Source of the DNA: Botryllus schlosseri
Lineage: Eukaryota
Length of the DNA stretch: 64,000 nucleotides
Direction: 5' to 3'
Assembly (NCBI GenBank): GCA_051294905.1
Contig: CM119371.1
Location: 36,892,001 to 36,956,000 of the forward strand
Below are positions 52,559 to 64,000 of this stretch, piece after piece (the first letter of the stretch is position 1; each line of letters begins with the position of its first letter). The position numbers were made by a program, and so were the translations under genes. Under the pieces are notes generated by a model. It saw only the letters and a list, made by a program, of their open reading frames with translations. It did no database searches and was not told where the DNA came from.

Positions 52559-53098
52559 CAGGGGAGGGCAGGGCCGGATCCGGCCCGCAACGGGATTTTG
52601 CCCGGCCCGCGGACAGTTCCCCGTCTTACATGATAATGTGACCCGCGGCCGCAGTCTGCCGAGCTTCCCTGCTACTAAACTTCAGATGTTACCGACTGTA
52701 TGCCATAATACACGTGTGTGGACTGTGTGCCCAGCGTGCGAGAGGGGAGCTTGCGCGTAAGTTTGTCGAAGCGAGAGGAATTGCATTATCGGCATTTGCG
52801 ATGTACCAAACCCTAATGAATTGATATCTTGGTAAATTTCTGGTAGCGGGCTTATCGAACGCCTTGGAATCTTAATTAAGGATTGCACCGTGTGTTAATT
52901 GATACGAGTGAAGCAGTCATGGCGGCGCCTGTATGAAAATGCCGTTTTCAAATCCCCATTCTTCATTAAATACGATTTATTCCTAGTACATGTGGATAAA
53001 TGGGTGAATAATGTAGCCTATTGATTCAGCAATCCGGCCCGCCAAGTACATAAATTTCCTATATCCAGCCCGCCGACTGGAGAAGCTGCCCGCCCCTG
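52559..53098 (+). mobile_element. Family E MITE, uninterrupted copy
   Basis: CAGGGGAGGGCA...TGCCCGCCCCTG; TSD GTTTCGAC/GTTTAGAC; colinear with the host parts of 22091-25221. Confidence 0.85.
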
Positions 53099-54061
53099 GT
53101 TTAGACCGTTTACACATGACTTAACGATGTACAATCACGCTCCTTGCATTTTCGAAGTCATCATCCTCCATCAACTCTACCGCTAACTCTGGTCATGTGG
53201 GCGGAGAGAGGATCAAATTATAAAGTACTGTATGGAAGAACCAATATTATTCACATAATTTATTCAATTCATTCAAGGCCAGGTGCATATGGAAACCAGA
53301 TGCATATAGTAAGCCCCAGAAGTTGCATCGATTACGATGGGCTAAAGATCACGGGAGGCGGCTGAAAAATTGTGGCTTCGGTCCTGGTTACAACCTACAA
53401 CACACAACCACATACATACTCCTGAACCGGATCGTGACGACCTTTAGTCGATAAACAAGGCTTTGCTAGTGTGACGTCATATTGATCCACAATGTGCTCA
53501 TACCTCATTTTGAAATCCGCTAGTATGCGCTAAAGAGTGTCCGGAATTTGGATTTCAAAAATATGGCAACCCTACTCTATACTCGTTCCACGATTCATAA
53601 TAAATGACGACTCAATCTGTGTTTCCATTTTCCAGCAGCCAGTAAAAGGATTTGAATCATGCCTCATACTTCGAAAACGTGACTTGGTTCGAGTCAAAAT
53701 GTGCAACGACTCGCGATAACTCATGACTCGAAGGTGCTGCAGTCAATGGGCTATCAAAATCTATCTAACCAATTTCCAGCAAACGAGCGTCTAAATTTGT
53801 TTTCAATAATCAATGTCTTCACGCAAACGCAGTCTCATCGTATCTCAACAGAAAAGCGCATGGAACACGATACACGATGTTTGGTCATTTGAAACAATTC
53901 GCCACCGTAAATAGTATTATTTTACAAAATGGTTGAAATTTCAAATTGTCATAACTTGGCTTCTGCTGCATGCAACTGAGTCAAATTGGGAGCAAGCATA
54001 CATCTCCATATGGAGCTTGAGGTATCCCTTCCCAGTAAATGTTTCACCGCACACAGCACGT

Positions 54062-57037
54062 TCAAGATTTTTTGACGCCGGTATGCATCTCCATATGAAG
54101 TTTGAGGTTACCCTTCTGAGTAAATGCTTTTCCACACACAGAACATTGATGATTTTTGACGCCAGCATGCATGTCCATATGAAGCTTGAGGCTACCCTTC
54201 CAAGTAAATGCTATCCCACACACAGCACATTGATGATTTTTGACGCCTGAATGCATCTCCATATGAAGTTTGAGGCTACCCTTCTGAGTAAATGCTTTTC
54301 CACACACAGAACATTGATGATTTTTGACGCCAGCATGCATCTCCATATGAAGCTTGAGGTTACCCTTTTGAGTAAATGCTTTTCCACACACAGAACATTG
54401 ATGATTTTTGACGCCAGCATGCATGTCCATATGAAGCTTGAGGCTACCCTTCCAAGTAAATGCTATCCCACACACAGCACATTGATGATTTTTGACGCCT
54501 GAATGCATCTCCATATGAAGTTTGAGGCTACCCTTCTGAGTAAATGCTTTTCCACACACAGAACATTGATGATTTTTGACGCCAGCATGCATCTCCATAT
54601 GAAGATTGAGGTTACCCTTTTGAATAAATGTTTTTCCACACACAGCACATTGATGATTTTTGATGCCAGCATGCATCTCCATATGAAGCTTGAGGTTACC
54701 CGTTTGAGTAAATACTTTTCCACACACAGAACATTGATAATTTTTGACGCCAGCATACATCTCCATATGAAGTTTCACGCTACCCTTCAAAGGAAATGCT
54801 TTCTCACACACAGCAGATTGGTGATTTTTGACGCCAGCACGCCTCTCCATATGAAGTTTGAGGCTACCCTTTTGAGTAAATGCTTTCCCACACACAGCAC
54901 ATTCATGATTTTTGATGCCAGCATGGTTATCCATATGAAGTTTGAGGTTACCCTTCTGAGTAAATGCTTTCCCGCACACAGCACATTCATGATTTTTGAT
55001 GCCAGCATGGATCTTCATATGAAGCTTGAGGTTACTCTTCTGAGTAAAAGCTTTTCCACACACATTGCATTCATGGTTCTTGACTTCATCGTGCGTCTTC
55101 ATATGAAGCTTCAGGCTACCCTTCTCAGTAACTGCTTTCCCACACAAAGCACATTCATGATTTTTGATGCCAGCATGGATCTCCATATGAAGCTTGAGGT
55201 TACCCGTTCGAGTAAATACTTTTCCACACACATAACATTGATAATTTTTGACGCCAGCATGCATCTCCATATGAAGTTTCACGCTACCCTTTTGAGTAAA
55301 TGCTTTCCCACACACAGCACATTCATGATTTTTGATGCCAGCATGGATCTTCATATGAAGCTTGAGGTTACCCTTCTGAGTAAATGCTTTTCCACACATG
55401 TCACATTCATAATTTTTGACGCCAGCATGCATCTGCATATGAAGCTTGAGGTGACCCTTTTGAGTAAATGCTTTTCCACACACAGCACATTCATGATTTT
55501 TGACGCCAGCATGGATCTTCATATGAAGCTTGAGGTTACCCTTCTGAGTAAAAGCTTTTCCACACACATTGCATTCATGGTTCTTATCTTCATCATGCGT
55601 CTTCATATGAAGCTTCAGGCTATCCTTCTCAGTAAATGCTTTCCCGCACACAGCACATTGGTGATTTTGGACGACAGCATGCATCTTCATATGAAGTTTG
55701 AGGCTACCCTTTTGAGTAAATGCTTTCCCACACACAGCACATTCATGATTTTTGATGCCAGCATGGATCTTCATATGAAGCTTGAGGTAACCCTTCTGAG
55801 TAAATGCTTTTCCACATATATCACATTCATAATTTTTGACGCCAGCATGCATCTCCATATGAAGCTTGAGGTTACCCGTTCGAGTAAATACTTTTCCACA
55901 CACATAACATTGATAATTTTTGACGCCAGCATGCATCTCCATATGAAGTTTCACGCTACCCTTTTGAGTAAATGCTTTCCCACACACAGCACATTCATGA
56001 TTTTTGATGCCAGCATGGATCTTCATATGAAGCTTGAGGTTACCCTTCTGAGTAAATGCTTTTCCACACATGTCACATTCATAATTTTTGACGCCAGCAT
56101 GCATCTGCATATGAAGCTTGAGGTGACCCTTTTGAGTAAATGCTTTTCCACACACAGCACATTCATGATTTTTGACGCCAGCATGGATCTTCATATGAAG
56201 CTTGAGGTTACCCTTCTGAGTAAAAGCTTTTCCACACACATTGCATTCATGGTTCTTATCTTCATCATGCGTCTTCATATGAAGCTTCAGGCTATCCTTC
56301 TCAGTAAATGCTTTCCCGCACACAGCACATTGGTGATTTTGGACGACAGCATGCATCTTCATATGAAGTTTGAGGCTACCCTTTTGAGTAAATGCTTTCC
56401 CACACACAGCACATTCATGATTTTTGACGCCAGCATGGATCTTCATATGAAGCTTGAGGTTACCCTTCTGAGTAAATGCTTTTCCACACATATCACATTC
56501 ATAATTTTTGACGCCAGCATGCATCTCCATATGAAGCTTGAGGTGACCCCCTTGAGTAAATGCTTTTCCACACACAGCACATTCATGATTTTTGACGCCA
56601 GCATGGATCTTCATATGAAGCTTGAGGTTACCCTTCTGAGTAAAAGCTTTTCCACACACATTGCATTCATGGTTCTTGACTTCATCATGCGTCTTCATAT
56701 GAAGCTTCAGGTTACCCTTGCCAGTAAATGCTTTCCCGCACACAGCACATTCATGATTTTTGATGCCAGCATGGATCTTCATATGAAGCTTGAGGTTACC
56801 CTTCTGAGTAAAAGCTTTTCCACACACATTGCATTCATGGTTCTTGACTTCATCGTGCGTCTTCATATGAAGCTTCAGGTTACCCTTGCCAGTAAATGCT
56901 TTCCCACACACATCGCATTCATGATTTTTGACGGCGGAATGCATATCCTCTGATCCTCCCCCACTCTTGTAAATATAACCTAAATGATATTTCAAGTCAT
57001 GATGAATAGTTAGAATATGAGAGTCTGTAACACTCAT
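54062..57037 (-). CDS. Tandem C2H2 zinc-finger array protein (34 repeats of 28 aa; possibly the last exon of a larger gene)
   Basis: 991-aa ORF; consensus [28 protein letters not shown] with an exact 84-bp period. 32 repeats keep all C2H2 ligands; repeats 25-26 are degenerate. Confidence 0.9.
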   Translation of the reverse strand: [991 protein letters not shown]

Positions 57038-58005
57038 CCGTTGAAATGATGGCTACTGATTGCATCTATATAGAAATTGAGGTGAAATAGTACATGAAAT
57101 CTTTAAGCGTAAAATGTTAGGCACAAATTTCTAAGATTTTGTAACAAAGTTTGCTATCTCTAATAATGATACGATCCTTCTTGTCGCTAAAAGTTAATTT
57201 ATTAATGACAACAATAATTTTGATACAATTTTTGACTGTGTGAGGCTTTTAATCTTGATTGATCATAACGCAACATACAAAACCGGTAGCACAAAGCTGC
57301 GCACATTAGTTGCAATGACACATCTGTAAAGTCGTGATCACTCACAGCATTGTCACAAAGTGCTATCGCTTCAATGTGATGTAGAACTGGCATTCTAGTT
57401 ATTGTGGTCGCATAAAAGGAACATATTTCCATATTATTCACAATTTTGTCACGTCTTAACGAGTCAAAATCAAACACTCGACTCGAAGCCTAATACTCGA
57501 TTTTCCCGGCTCCCCTTATCACGCTTGACATATGCCTACTGTCCCCCTAAAAGAAGTCATCAGAAGGGCGATTTTTTTACCTAAAAACGAAAGATTTTGA
57601 CCTAAAATATCTAAATTTTGACATTGTTTGACCTTAAAAGACCAAATTTTGACCTACCGTATGCAAATTAGGTGTTTTCATAAAACATGTTAGAATTGTA
57701 CTACTTATACTCATTTCTGGTTTGAACTGTCTGTCCTTACGAAGTAGTTTTCCCTGAAAAACTTTCTCACTCAATAACTGACAATTTATTACATGACAAA
57801 ATATTATTTAAACAAAATCTGGCCCTATGATGAATTCCAGTACATGACGTACTATGGTGAAAATAATTGAAATTTGTTGTAGCACAACGAAAGATACTTT
57901 CCTACATTCTCGGCAAGGATATCTAGATATCTAGTTCTAGATAGACCTGATTCTCGGGTAAAAAGTGTCTGTCTTTGCTAACTAGCTTGCCAAGAATGGA
58001 GATGT

Positions 58006-58290
58006 GGCGAGATAGCGTAGTGGGATAATCCACAGCTACAACACCAATAGGTTGTGGGTTCTACTCCGACCGAGGTCGACTCCAGAATTCCTACCCAAGT
58101 GTTGAATGTTGATCTAGGTTCCTTCTGCCATCTCATCCGCGTAAGCAGTGTCTTACAAATAGCATTGAATCGGGCCGTGCTAAATGTTGGCAGATACTCG
58201 ACGGATACGGAATCGAAAATATAAGGAATATCGGCCCGCTGTAAATGACCATTGTAGTCGACAAACACCATGAATATACAAACAACATCA
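58006..58290 (+). mobile_element. tRNA-derived SINE
   Basis: Pol III A box TAGCGTAGTGG (58013-58023) and B box GGTTCTACTCC (58057-58067); A-rich tail; homologs at 23638-23897 and a tail fragment at about 20363-20395. Confidence 0.75.
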
Positions 58291-58595
58291 AGAAGAATAG
58301 AGAAAGAAAGTTCAACTGTGGCAGCTGTTGGCTGACTACACTGAAGTTTCTGCGTGCGTACACTGCTGGTGACACACAGTGTTGCTTCATTCTGACGATG
58401 GTGTACATCTCAATTTTTCATAAAGATGTAAGAACCATGCAATGCCCACGCAGTCTTGCTTCACTTAGGATATTGCGGTCCCTTGAGCATAACGCCGTGC
58501 CAACATATTTGTGTCATTTGACTGTTCATGATACACACTGTGCAGACAATGCGCTGTCTGCAATGGTAGGCCTATAAAGTAGGCTAGGGTTTTTG

Positions 58596-59046
58596 GCTCA
58601 AATCCAACAGGTAGAAGCGAAATTTCTATGGTAGAAATATTTCGATTTATTATTTAAAAATGACAAATAAAATTCATAGAATTTTCAGTCCACCCCATAA
58701 ATTTGTTAGGCTGTCAGTGGAGATGATGCATGACAAAGTCGGCTCAATTCCAACGACTGTACGCGCAGCTATTGTAGTAGAAAAATGTTTAATTCTATGA
58801 TCTTACATTAAATAATGTAAGGACTGGCCGCCGTAAATACTATTTTATTCAAATGCAATTTTTTCTACTGCAACAACATCGCTTGTACTGCTTGAAATTG
58901 AGCTCAATTTGGTGTGCGTCGTCTCTACAGACAGCCTAACAATTTTAGATGATGGGCTTAAAATTTGAATTGTTATTTATTTTTTATATAATAAATCCAA
59001 AACTTTTTGATGCAAGAACTTCGCATCTACTGGTTTGAATTAAGCC
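58596..59046. repeat. Imperfect foldback palindrome (MITE-like, arms about 200 bp)
   Basis: For example TTGTTAGGCTGTC/GACAGCCTAACAA, GTAGAAGCGAA/TTCGCATCTAC and TTGTAGTAGAAAAA/TTTTTCTACTGCAA in mirrored order. Confidence 0.75.
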
Positions 59047-61158
59047 AAATTTTGGTGTGCAGCATTGTTTTAGCCGACATAACAATTTTATAACGTAGCC
59101 GGAGAAATTTTGAACAATTTTGAACAACCTTATTGTGGTTAGATATTGGGATACCCTAACCACAACTTTGACTCTAACCCTCCCCCGACCCTAATCCTCC
59201 CCCAACACTAAAAACACCCCCTCCCTGACCTACAGTTAGAATATCAATCACCATACGTTATTTATAAGTCCCAATAGGGGACAACACGATTGAAAATCGA
59301 GATAAGGGATGAATCCGGGTGGGGGGGCGTTAGCCTTCACCATAGACCTTATTTTTGTAAATTTTTGACTTTTATTTTTCTGTCGGGTTTAGGTAAGAAA
59401 TCATGCAATAAGACAGACGTATACTATTTTTCTTCATTTTTAGCCACTGCTCTCATCAACTCTCACCGAATACGCCTCATTCAAGAGCTTTCATAAACAA
59501 TAGAGTGTAGAGACATGCAAAAAACTACATGGTCCAAAGTTACCCCACATGCTGCGAAAACTTCGAACATGGATAATTCAAAAAAGACTTTGGACCAGTT
59601 AATTCTATTTCTAATATCTGCTCCATAACCTCAGAAAAACACAAAGCTTGCCCCCTGCACTCTAGCATTTCAAAGATTCCAAGGAAAATTGTGAAAAATT
59701 ATCAAGTACCCTCGTTTATGGTATAGGCCTATTGAACGATTATTCCGGTGCGGCGTCAACCGAATTTTGCACTATTCACCACCAATGTTTGGGTCAAGAC
59801 CTTGACTTCAAGAATCAATGGCCCGCGTGGTAATTTTCGTAATAAATAACTTTATATATATATAATTATATATATTAATCGCTGTTGTTTGGCTAAATTT
59901 TTTATGCAACTTCATGTTTTAGGGGGTGCTAAGTTCGAAAATAGATTATATTTTTGTATCATCGATACTTCTCAGGCTACATCGCCTCCCAATTATGACA
60001 CTAAATACATCTACTGGTGTATTGGACGGAGAAAGAAATCAGGGCTGTGATGAGTCGACTTGAGTTATTTTTTGAAATGCGTAAAACGATTCGACTCCAG
60101 TCAATTTGTCTATTGACTCGACTGGTACTCGAGTCATTGTGCATGACTTGAACCAAGTCATATGACTCGAGACTAGGATGGCCCAAACAGACATTTCATT
60201 GTAACTTCGAAGAATAGTAAAGTCACCACACTATTCGTATTTGTCTATCTGTCCTGGTACCTCGAAGATAGGTCCAGAAACTGTTAGGACTGAGGAAAGT
60301 TACGATGTTATGAATGCGAGCCATCCTATATCACTCGAGCAGAGTTGAAAAAAATCGTGTATTAACAATGTGTGTATTGTTTTCGTGTTGCTTCTTTCCT
60401 TCTGATTTACGCAAGACTTGTAAAATTTAAGGTAAGGTGGCAGTAAAGGGTTAGAAATTTGCAATTTAACGCTAGAATTGAGTTGACATAAATGTTCCAT
60501 CCGCAACAATGGATGCCTGGTCATCAATCAATCATAAATCATTGCTTCGCATCGCTTAGACGTCAGATCAGCCTGATTTCAAACACCGTGCAGCCCACGG
60601 GGCGTCACCACACAATAATAAACACTGTTTGATAGCTTACATTTCCTTGTGACGTCATGAATCCAAATTTTCGAATTTTTGTTTTATGGCTCCTTTAAAG
60701 CCAAGATTTTTGATATGCGGCTCGAGCATGAAGCCGGGCTGCCCACCCCTACTCTATACTCATTGACTCGGACTTGATCTGGTGGTGAATTGAAAATGAC
60801 TAGACTTGACTCGTGTCAAAACTATAAAAGTGAGATTGACTTGTAACTCGGCGCGACTGATAAATTGATGCATACTGATTTCTCATACCGGTATATAATC
60901 AATTTGGCTCTATTGTATGCAGACAAAGAGAGAAAAATTTATCAATAATCAAGTGGCCTGTATAATCCTTCATCAACCGAATATCGCCCTTTGGCAAAAA
61001 AGGTTGGACACTCTATTCTGTGCCGAAGCGGGTCAGTGAGTGTGTGCCAGAGTGAAATTAGTGGCAATCTTACACACAATTTTCTGTTTAATAATTTAAT
61101 TCTTCTATAAAGAAACCCTTTTGTCGCGCGCAACTTATTCTACAGCGCTGGGGCAATT

Positions 61159-62807
61159 ACGTTCACAATAAGGTCATTCGTCATGTTCACAATAATCCCA
61201 GTCCACGGTTAAGGGTTAGCGTCATTAGGTTTGGGGGTGAGGGTCCTTAGGTTGGGGGCAATAGGGTCATTAGGTCAGGGTGTCACTATCATTAGGGGGA
61301 AGGTATAGCGTATAGTGGTGAGCGTTGGCCCGGCAACACCTACGTAGGTGGCCCGAGCTCCTCGTCCCATGTGTCACTGTTCTTATAGCGATAAAAAAGC
61401 CGAGAAGAAAGACCCAATGAAGAAAGAAGGACAAGAGCAAGAAGATACGGTAGACTAAAAGGAATGATGCATAAAGATTAACATCGAAAAAAGCATTGCA
61501 CATGAGTGAGTCTTGTTCAAATGAAAATATAATTTTACAACTACACTGAGCAACAATTTTGAACGAAAAAATTGTTGACTTTGATTTTGCACTTGATTTA
61601 GGATGATTTTGGTGTGCCGATTCCCGAAAATGCCACTGGTTTTCTTCTATCACGTCAAGTTTTTGCTCGACGACATATATGCCCAAAATATGCAAATTTT
61701 CACGAAGTTAGCCATATTACTTTTCTATACCATATAGAAATCCACACTTTATCATATAAGTTATATTATATAGCCAAGGGGTAAATTAAATTATTAGGAA
61801 AAAAGGTACTGGTATCGATCTAGGCCGAGGCTTTCACCCATTTTTGGTTAGAGGATGCAGTCATCGAAGGATATATTTCATTTCGCATATTAGATACAAA
61901 CTGCAGGATATGGCAAGCAAGATAAACATTACATTTACTAATAACTATAGGTCCCATGCCCCATTCAGCATATTCAGTTAAACTTGAAACTCATATAAGC
62001 TAGATAATTTGGATCAAGATGAAGATCTTAATATAGCAGGCATAATGATGAAGATGAAGAAATCAAAGATGATTCAGAACGTAGAGTATTCCATCAACAC
62101 AAGTTGATTGATCAGACATACGCTTTGGGACTTGGAAGATAAATATTCGGAACTTTTAGCATCCTTGCGAATTGAGAAAAGATTAATACTTGGCGAGAGA
62201 GCAAAGATATCTCACTTTCTGTCATCAGAAACGGCGTTTTCATCATAGGGCTACTTTCGGCAGCTTTGTGTATTGCCGTGGTACTGACATTGGCATGATA
62301 CTGTTACCATGGGTTGGTGGAGGAGTTAGGAATCCCGATTCACAACTCTAGTGAATGGCAAATGTCAATATTGGTATCTCAAAAAAGATCCTAAAAAGTG
62401 ACATTCTCGAAAATGGCAATGTCTTAGGTGCAGTAACAATTGCACACTCAGTTAGTCTTCGTGGATAATACAGAAACATTGAATTGTTGCAATATCACAA
62501 GCACGATTGGATGATATGTGCCAGCTTCAAAATATTGTGTATGCCTATTTTCAGTTGTCAGACAATAAGGATGCACATATTGCACATGTACTCTTGATAT
62601 AAATGTGCCACTGCACAGCCATATGTCTGTGTCGGACAGCAGACATTCAAAAAAGCTAAAATATCTAAATCAAAAATCACCAGTGTCAGTGTTTACCAGT
62701 GTCATTGATAAGGATAGGACCCTCGTCCCCAACCTTTGACCGAATGTCATAAACCCTCAACCGTGGACTGACCTTATCGTGAACATACCGATCATATTTT
62801 GAACGTA
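61159..62807. mobile_element. Putative DNA element with about 90-bp inverted ends containing degenerate TTAGGG-like repeats
   Basis: 61159-61250 is the imperfect reverse complement of 62715-62807 (TACGTTCACAATA...CAGTCCACGGTTAAGGGTT); no TSD found. Confidence 0.55.
61544..62600 (+). pseudogene. Second decayed Chapaev-3-like element (5' terminus and transposase N-terminal half)
   Basis: CACTG terminus. Fragments SELLASLRIEKRL, GLVEELGIPIHNSSEWQM, LENGNVLGAVTIAHSVSL and YHKHDWMIC match the recalled motifs AELLASRL.EKNLL, EWRLFIDSSK, LLHNGN...PIAHS and Y..H.W.IC. Confidence 0.72.
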
Positions 62808-63704
62808 GACACTGATCTTACTGTCAACATATAACATAATCACAGCAAACCTCCTCGTACTGACCTGACTGACACTGACAGTTTTCTATAATACCCACTT
62901 CCACGATATTGTTGTTATTGTAATCACATCACGGCCAACACTAAACGGCGGACCGAGCCGACCGTAAACAGGCGGAACTTGCAATGCTGATCCGGTACCG
63001 ATTGTCAATTTTTGTTCACCGACGTTTATCGGCCGCTGATAATGATCATGCACTGGACGAGTGTACCTTTTTCGACGTGGTACACCCTTTGAACGTTTCC
63101 TCAACACTCGTACACCCCTGTTCATTAGGGGTCTTCAAAAATAACTTTTTTTCTCAAATCGTACTGGCTACTTGATAAAATTGTTAGGTTACCTAACTTA
63201 AGCCTACACACCAAATTTGGTTCAATTCCAACCAGTAGCCGCATTGCTACGGGAGAAGAAAGTTTTTATTTATTATATAAAAATAAATAACGAAAGATTT
63301 GAATTTTTTCTGTTCACGCCATGAAAGCATTAGGTCAGTGGTTCCCAACCTTTTTCCAGCCACGTACCATTTTGAGGTTTTATGCAGTGCTCGCGTACCA
63401 CCTATATAAGTTACTCGCGTTTCCACCATTTATGACGTCATACTCACGTATTAGGCCTATGCGAGGTGTATTAACCAATTCTATTAAACTAGGCCAGGGA
63501 TGTCAAACATACGGCCCGTGGGCCGGATCCGGCCGCCAGACGATTTTATCCGGCCCGCATAGCAATTCTGAGTACATTGAAAAAAGATTATATTATACAT
63601 CACATCCACATTAATAAACCAAATTATAACGTCCGCGTTGACAGTTAAATATCTTGTATTCATCACAACGCATACGCAGGGCTAACGCCAGATTATGACT
63701 AACG

Positions 63705-64000
63705 CAGGGGTGGCCAACCTTTTTGCCATTCACGGCCGCATTTCGACCACTCGCGTAGCCTACGGTTGTATTCCAGGGCATAGTCGTAATGAACGAGCTG
63801 GACGCCAAATACCCAGGTTAAAGTGTCTATGTCCATTTCTGGTGTACTCCGGACAAATCTATTTAATGATAGGCTCACTATGCGCACCAAAATCGCGAGT
63901 GGTCACTGGTAATGTTAAGGAAGTAAGTGCTCATAGTCGCGCGAAGCGCGAAAAAAATTCAGATTCACCAATGAATATCGTCATTGATATTAGTAGTTTA
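63705..64000 (+). mobile_element. Family B hAT MITE, truncated by the window edge (other hAT ends at 63337 and 63495)
   Basis: CAGGGGTGGCCAACCTTTTTG start; colinear with 5273-5570. Confidence 0.8.

Noticed and set aside
54503..56953. 816-aa antisense ORF over the zinc-finger array
   Set aside because: Expected by-product of an 84-bp repeat whose reverse frame lacks stops; no independent coding evidence.
54062..57037. Calling the gene PRDM9
   Set aside because: No PR/SET, KRAB or SSXRD exon found, and linkers differ from HTGEKP.
53570..57500. Zinc-finger ORF as cargo of a hAT element
   Set aside because: hAT-derived sequence lies on both sides, but no paired TIRs or TSD enclose the ORF.
58006..58080. 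Functional tRNA gene
   Set aside because: No convincing cloverleaf or poly-T terminator; it continues into a repeated SINE body.

Overview
AT-rich eukaryotic (most likely invertebrate animal) genomic DNA, densely packed with nested non-autonomous transposons. Host genes: (1) an intronless class A GPCR split by one frameshift (11072-12122, +); (2) a 4-exon insect-type AANAT-like GNAT acetyltransferase seen only after manual splicing (30727-28758, -); (3) a complete 9-exon ACTR10/Arp11 gene (35615-43048, +, about 460 aa); (4) a 34-repeat C2H2 zinc-finger array with minisatellite-like higher-order duplications (54062-57037, -). Mobile DNA: about 20 hAT MITEs, many with verifiable 8-bp TSDs and up to 4 levels of nesting; TA-TSD Tc1/mariner-type MITEs; a CACTG-terminated element; two decayed Chapaev-3-like transposases; a CR1/L2-like LINE whose RT ORF is restored by removing one MITE; a 5'-truncated R4/Dong-like LINE in a (TAA)n tract; and a tRNA-derived SINE family. 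All family assignments come from recalled motifs, not database searches. No clearly novel biological system is demonstrated; the zinc-finger array is the best candidate for follow-up.
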